Source of the DNA: Malacoraja senta
Taxonomy: Eukaryota
NCBI GenBank assembly: GCA_038087875.1
Contig: CM075990.1
Span: 11,100,001 to 11,164,000, forward strand
Length of the DNA stretch: 64,000 nt
Reading direction: 5' to 3'
The stretch's first letter is position 1. Every line of letters begins with the position of its first letter. A program made the translations under genes and the position numbers. The notes beneath the pieces were generated by a model that did not search any database, was not told the origin of the DNA, and saw only the letters and a list, made by a program, of their open reading frames with translations. Shown here piece after piece: positions 62,470 to 64,000 of this stretch.

Positions 62470-62797
62470 GGGTGGCATGGTGGCGCAGCGGCAGAGTTGC
62501 TGCCTTACAGAGCTTGCAGCGCGAGAGACCCGGGTTCGATCCCGACTACAGGTGCTGTCTATACGGAGTTTGTATATTCTCCCCGTGACCGTGTGAGTTT
62601 TCGCAGAGATCTTCGGCTTCCTCCCACACTCCAAAGATGTACAGGTTTGTCGGTTAATTGACTTGGTATTAGTGTAAATTGTCCCTAGCGTGTGTAGGAT
62701 AGTGTTAATGTGTGGGGATCGCCAGTTGCCGTGGACTAGGTGGGCCGAAGGGCCTGTTTTTGCGCTGTATCTCTAAACTAAATAAACTAAACTAAAC
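62470..62797 (+). mobile_element. HE1/V-SINE-type SINE, full length
   Basis: A/B boxes, body, (aacta)n tail. Confidence 0.92.
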
Positions 62798-63385
62798 CTA
62801 GAAGGAAACAAGAATACAGATATATAAATTTATTGCAGGCTGGCAACAAATAAAAATATTTTATAAAGCTGAGACACTGCCAAGTGTAAGATTGCCAAGT
62901 GTTAAGATTCTCTCTATTTTATTTGCTAAAGAATTAATAGTGTGCGGCTGGTTTGAGATTGTAATAGGACGATATGCAAATACATTCATTACTGTTCCCA
63001 TGAGAATGAAGCTGTATTAACCCTGAGGTAAAACAACTCATTTCTACATTTCTCGCAGTATCACCCAGCTCATTAATCAGAATTTCAGGTGACTGGAAGT
63101 GGTGTCAGGCAAGATTTCATCTGAATGCTGAAAATTTTGCACATTAAATGTTGAAGCTCGTAACAGAATTCAAATAGGTCCACTGTATACCTTTTCATGG
63201 TGAAGTCTTAAACCATTGAACCATTCCAGCACAATCACCTCTTAGGCTGAAAATACCACCAAAAAAGGCTGCCTCAATGTGGAAATCATTTCACCTCGTA
63301 TATTCTTTTTAACATTTTGACATTTTTCCACGTGTCTATTCAGAGAGAATATTTCTCGTACAAAAAATTAAATGAAACGTCTTAC

Positions 63386-63494
63386 TGGAAAGATTTTTTC
63401 CATGTGTACAAATATTTGGTGACATTTTTTCCAGACCCTTCAATTGACTTTGTATTTACAATAGACATTGGGTTCATATCTGATTCTGTTGATC
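63386..63494 (-). CDS. Candidate internal exon (109 bp, phase 1-2) of an unidentified gene
   Basis: cactattttccag acceptor, one open frame STESDMNPMSIVNTKSIEGSGKNVTKYLYTWKKSF, CA|gtaaga donor. Confidence 0.28.
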
Positions 63495-63551
63495 CTGGAA
63501 AATAGTGCACAGACTCAGAATTCCCGATGACATCCAGGGGGATATTTAGTA

Positions 63552-63845
63552 GTTTAATTTTATTTTGAGATACAGCGCAGAAACAGGCCCTTTGGCCCAC
63601 CGAGTCTGCTATCCCCGCACACCAATATCCTACACTAAGGACAATTTTTTTACATTTAGACCTACAAACCTGTACGTCTTTGGATTGTGGGAGGAAATCG
63701 AAGTTCTCGGATAAAACCCACGCAGGTCACAGGGAGAACGTACAAACAGTGCGCAGACAAGCACCCGTAGCCAGGAGCAAACCCGGGTCTCTGGCGCTGT
63801 AATTGCTGTAAGGCAGCAGCTCAACCTCTGTGCCACCGGGCCGCC
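63552..63845 (-). mobile_element. HE1/V-SINE-type SINE
   Basis: Reverse complement of the family consensus. Confidence 0.88.
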
Positions 63846-64000
63846 CAGTTGAAGAGGGAGCCCATGTTGCTCTTTTGCTCTACCGTTTATCATCTCGTGT
63901 AAGAGATGATTATTGTTGTAAGTACAGTCCAACATTATAACAGAGCATAGTGGGGAAGGGAGGGTGGGAGGTGGGGGTGGGGATGATGGTGGGGGAACTG

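Noticed and set aside
1..64000. CRISPR array, operons or other prokaryotic systems; tRNA genes
   Set aside because: Recurrent motifs are dispersed vertebrate retroposons with irregular spacing; the A/B boxes belong to SINE heads, not full cloverleaves

Overview
Eukaryotic, repeat-rich DNA from an intron or gene desert. The repeat complement (HE1/V-SINE-type tRNA-derived SINEs, DeuSINE/SacSINE-like relics, CR1, L2, Rex1/Babar, RTE, Tx1 and Penelope-like fragments) points to a cartilaginous fish, probably a skate or ray (inference). No complete or recognisable host gene is present. Four short minus-strand segments look like exons of an unidentified gene, at low confidence. Almost all ORF-track entries are repeat-derived or noise. 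Main observations: (1) a dense family of Penelope-derived mini-elements carrying a minimal hammerhead ribozyme, often inserted as lopsided palindromes with target-site duplications; (2) a 399-bp MITE with 8-bp TSD plus, 42 kb away, a 12-bp fusion of the same family's two termini between 8-bp TSDs, resembling a P-element excision footprint; (3) a ~270-bp multi-hairpin element with a kissing-loop pair; (4) a young CpG-rich non-tRNA retroposon with Pol II promoter motifs. Repeat boundaries were read by eye and are approximate unless TSDs are quoted.
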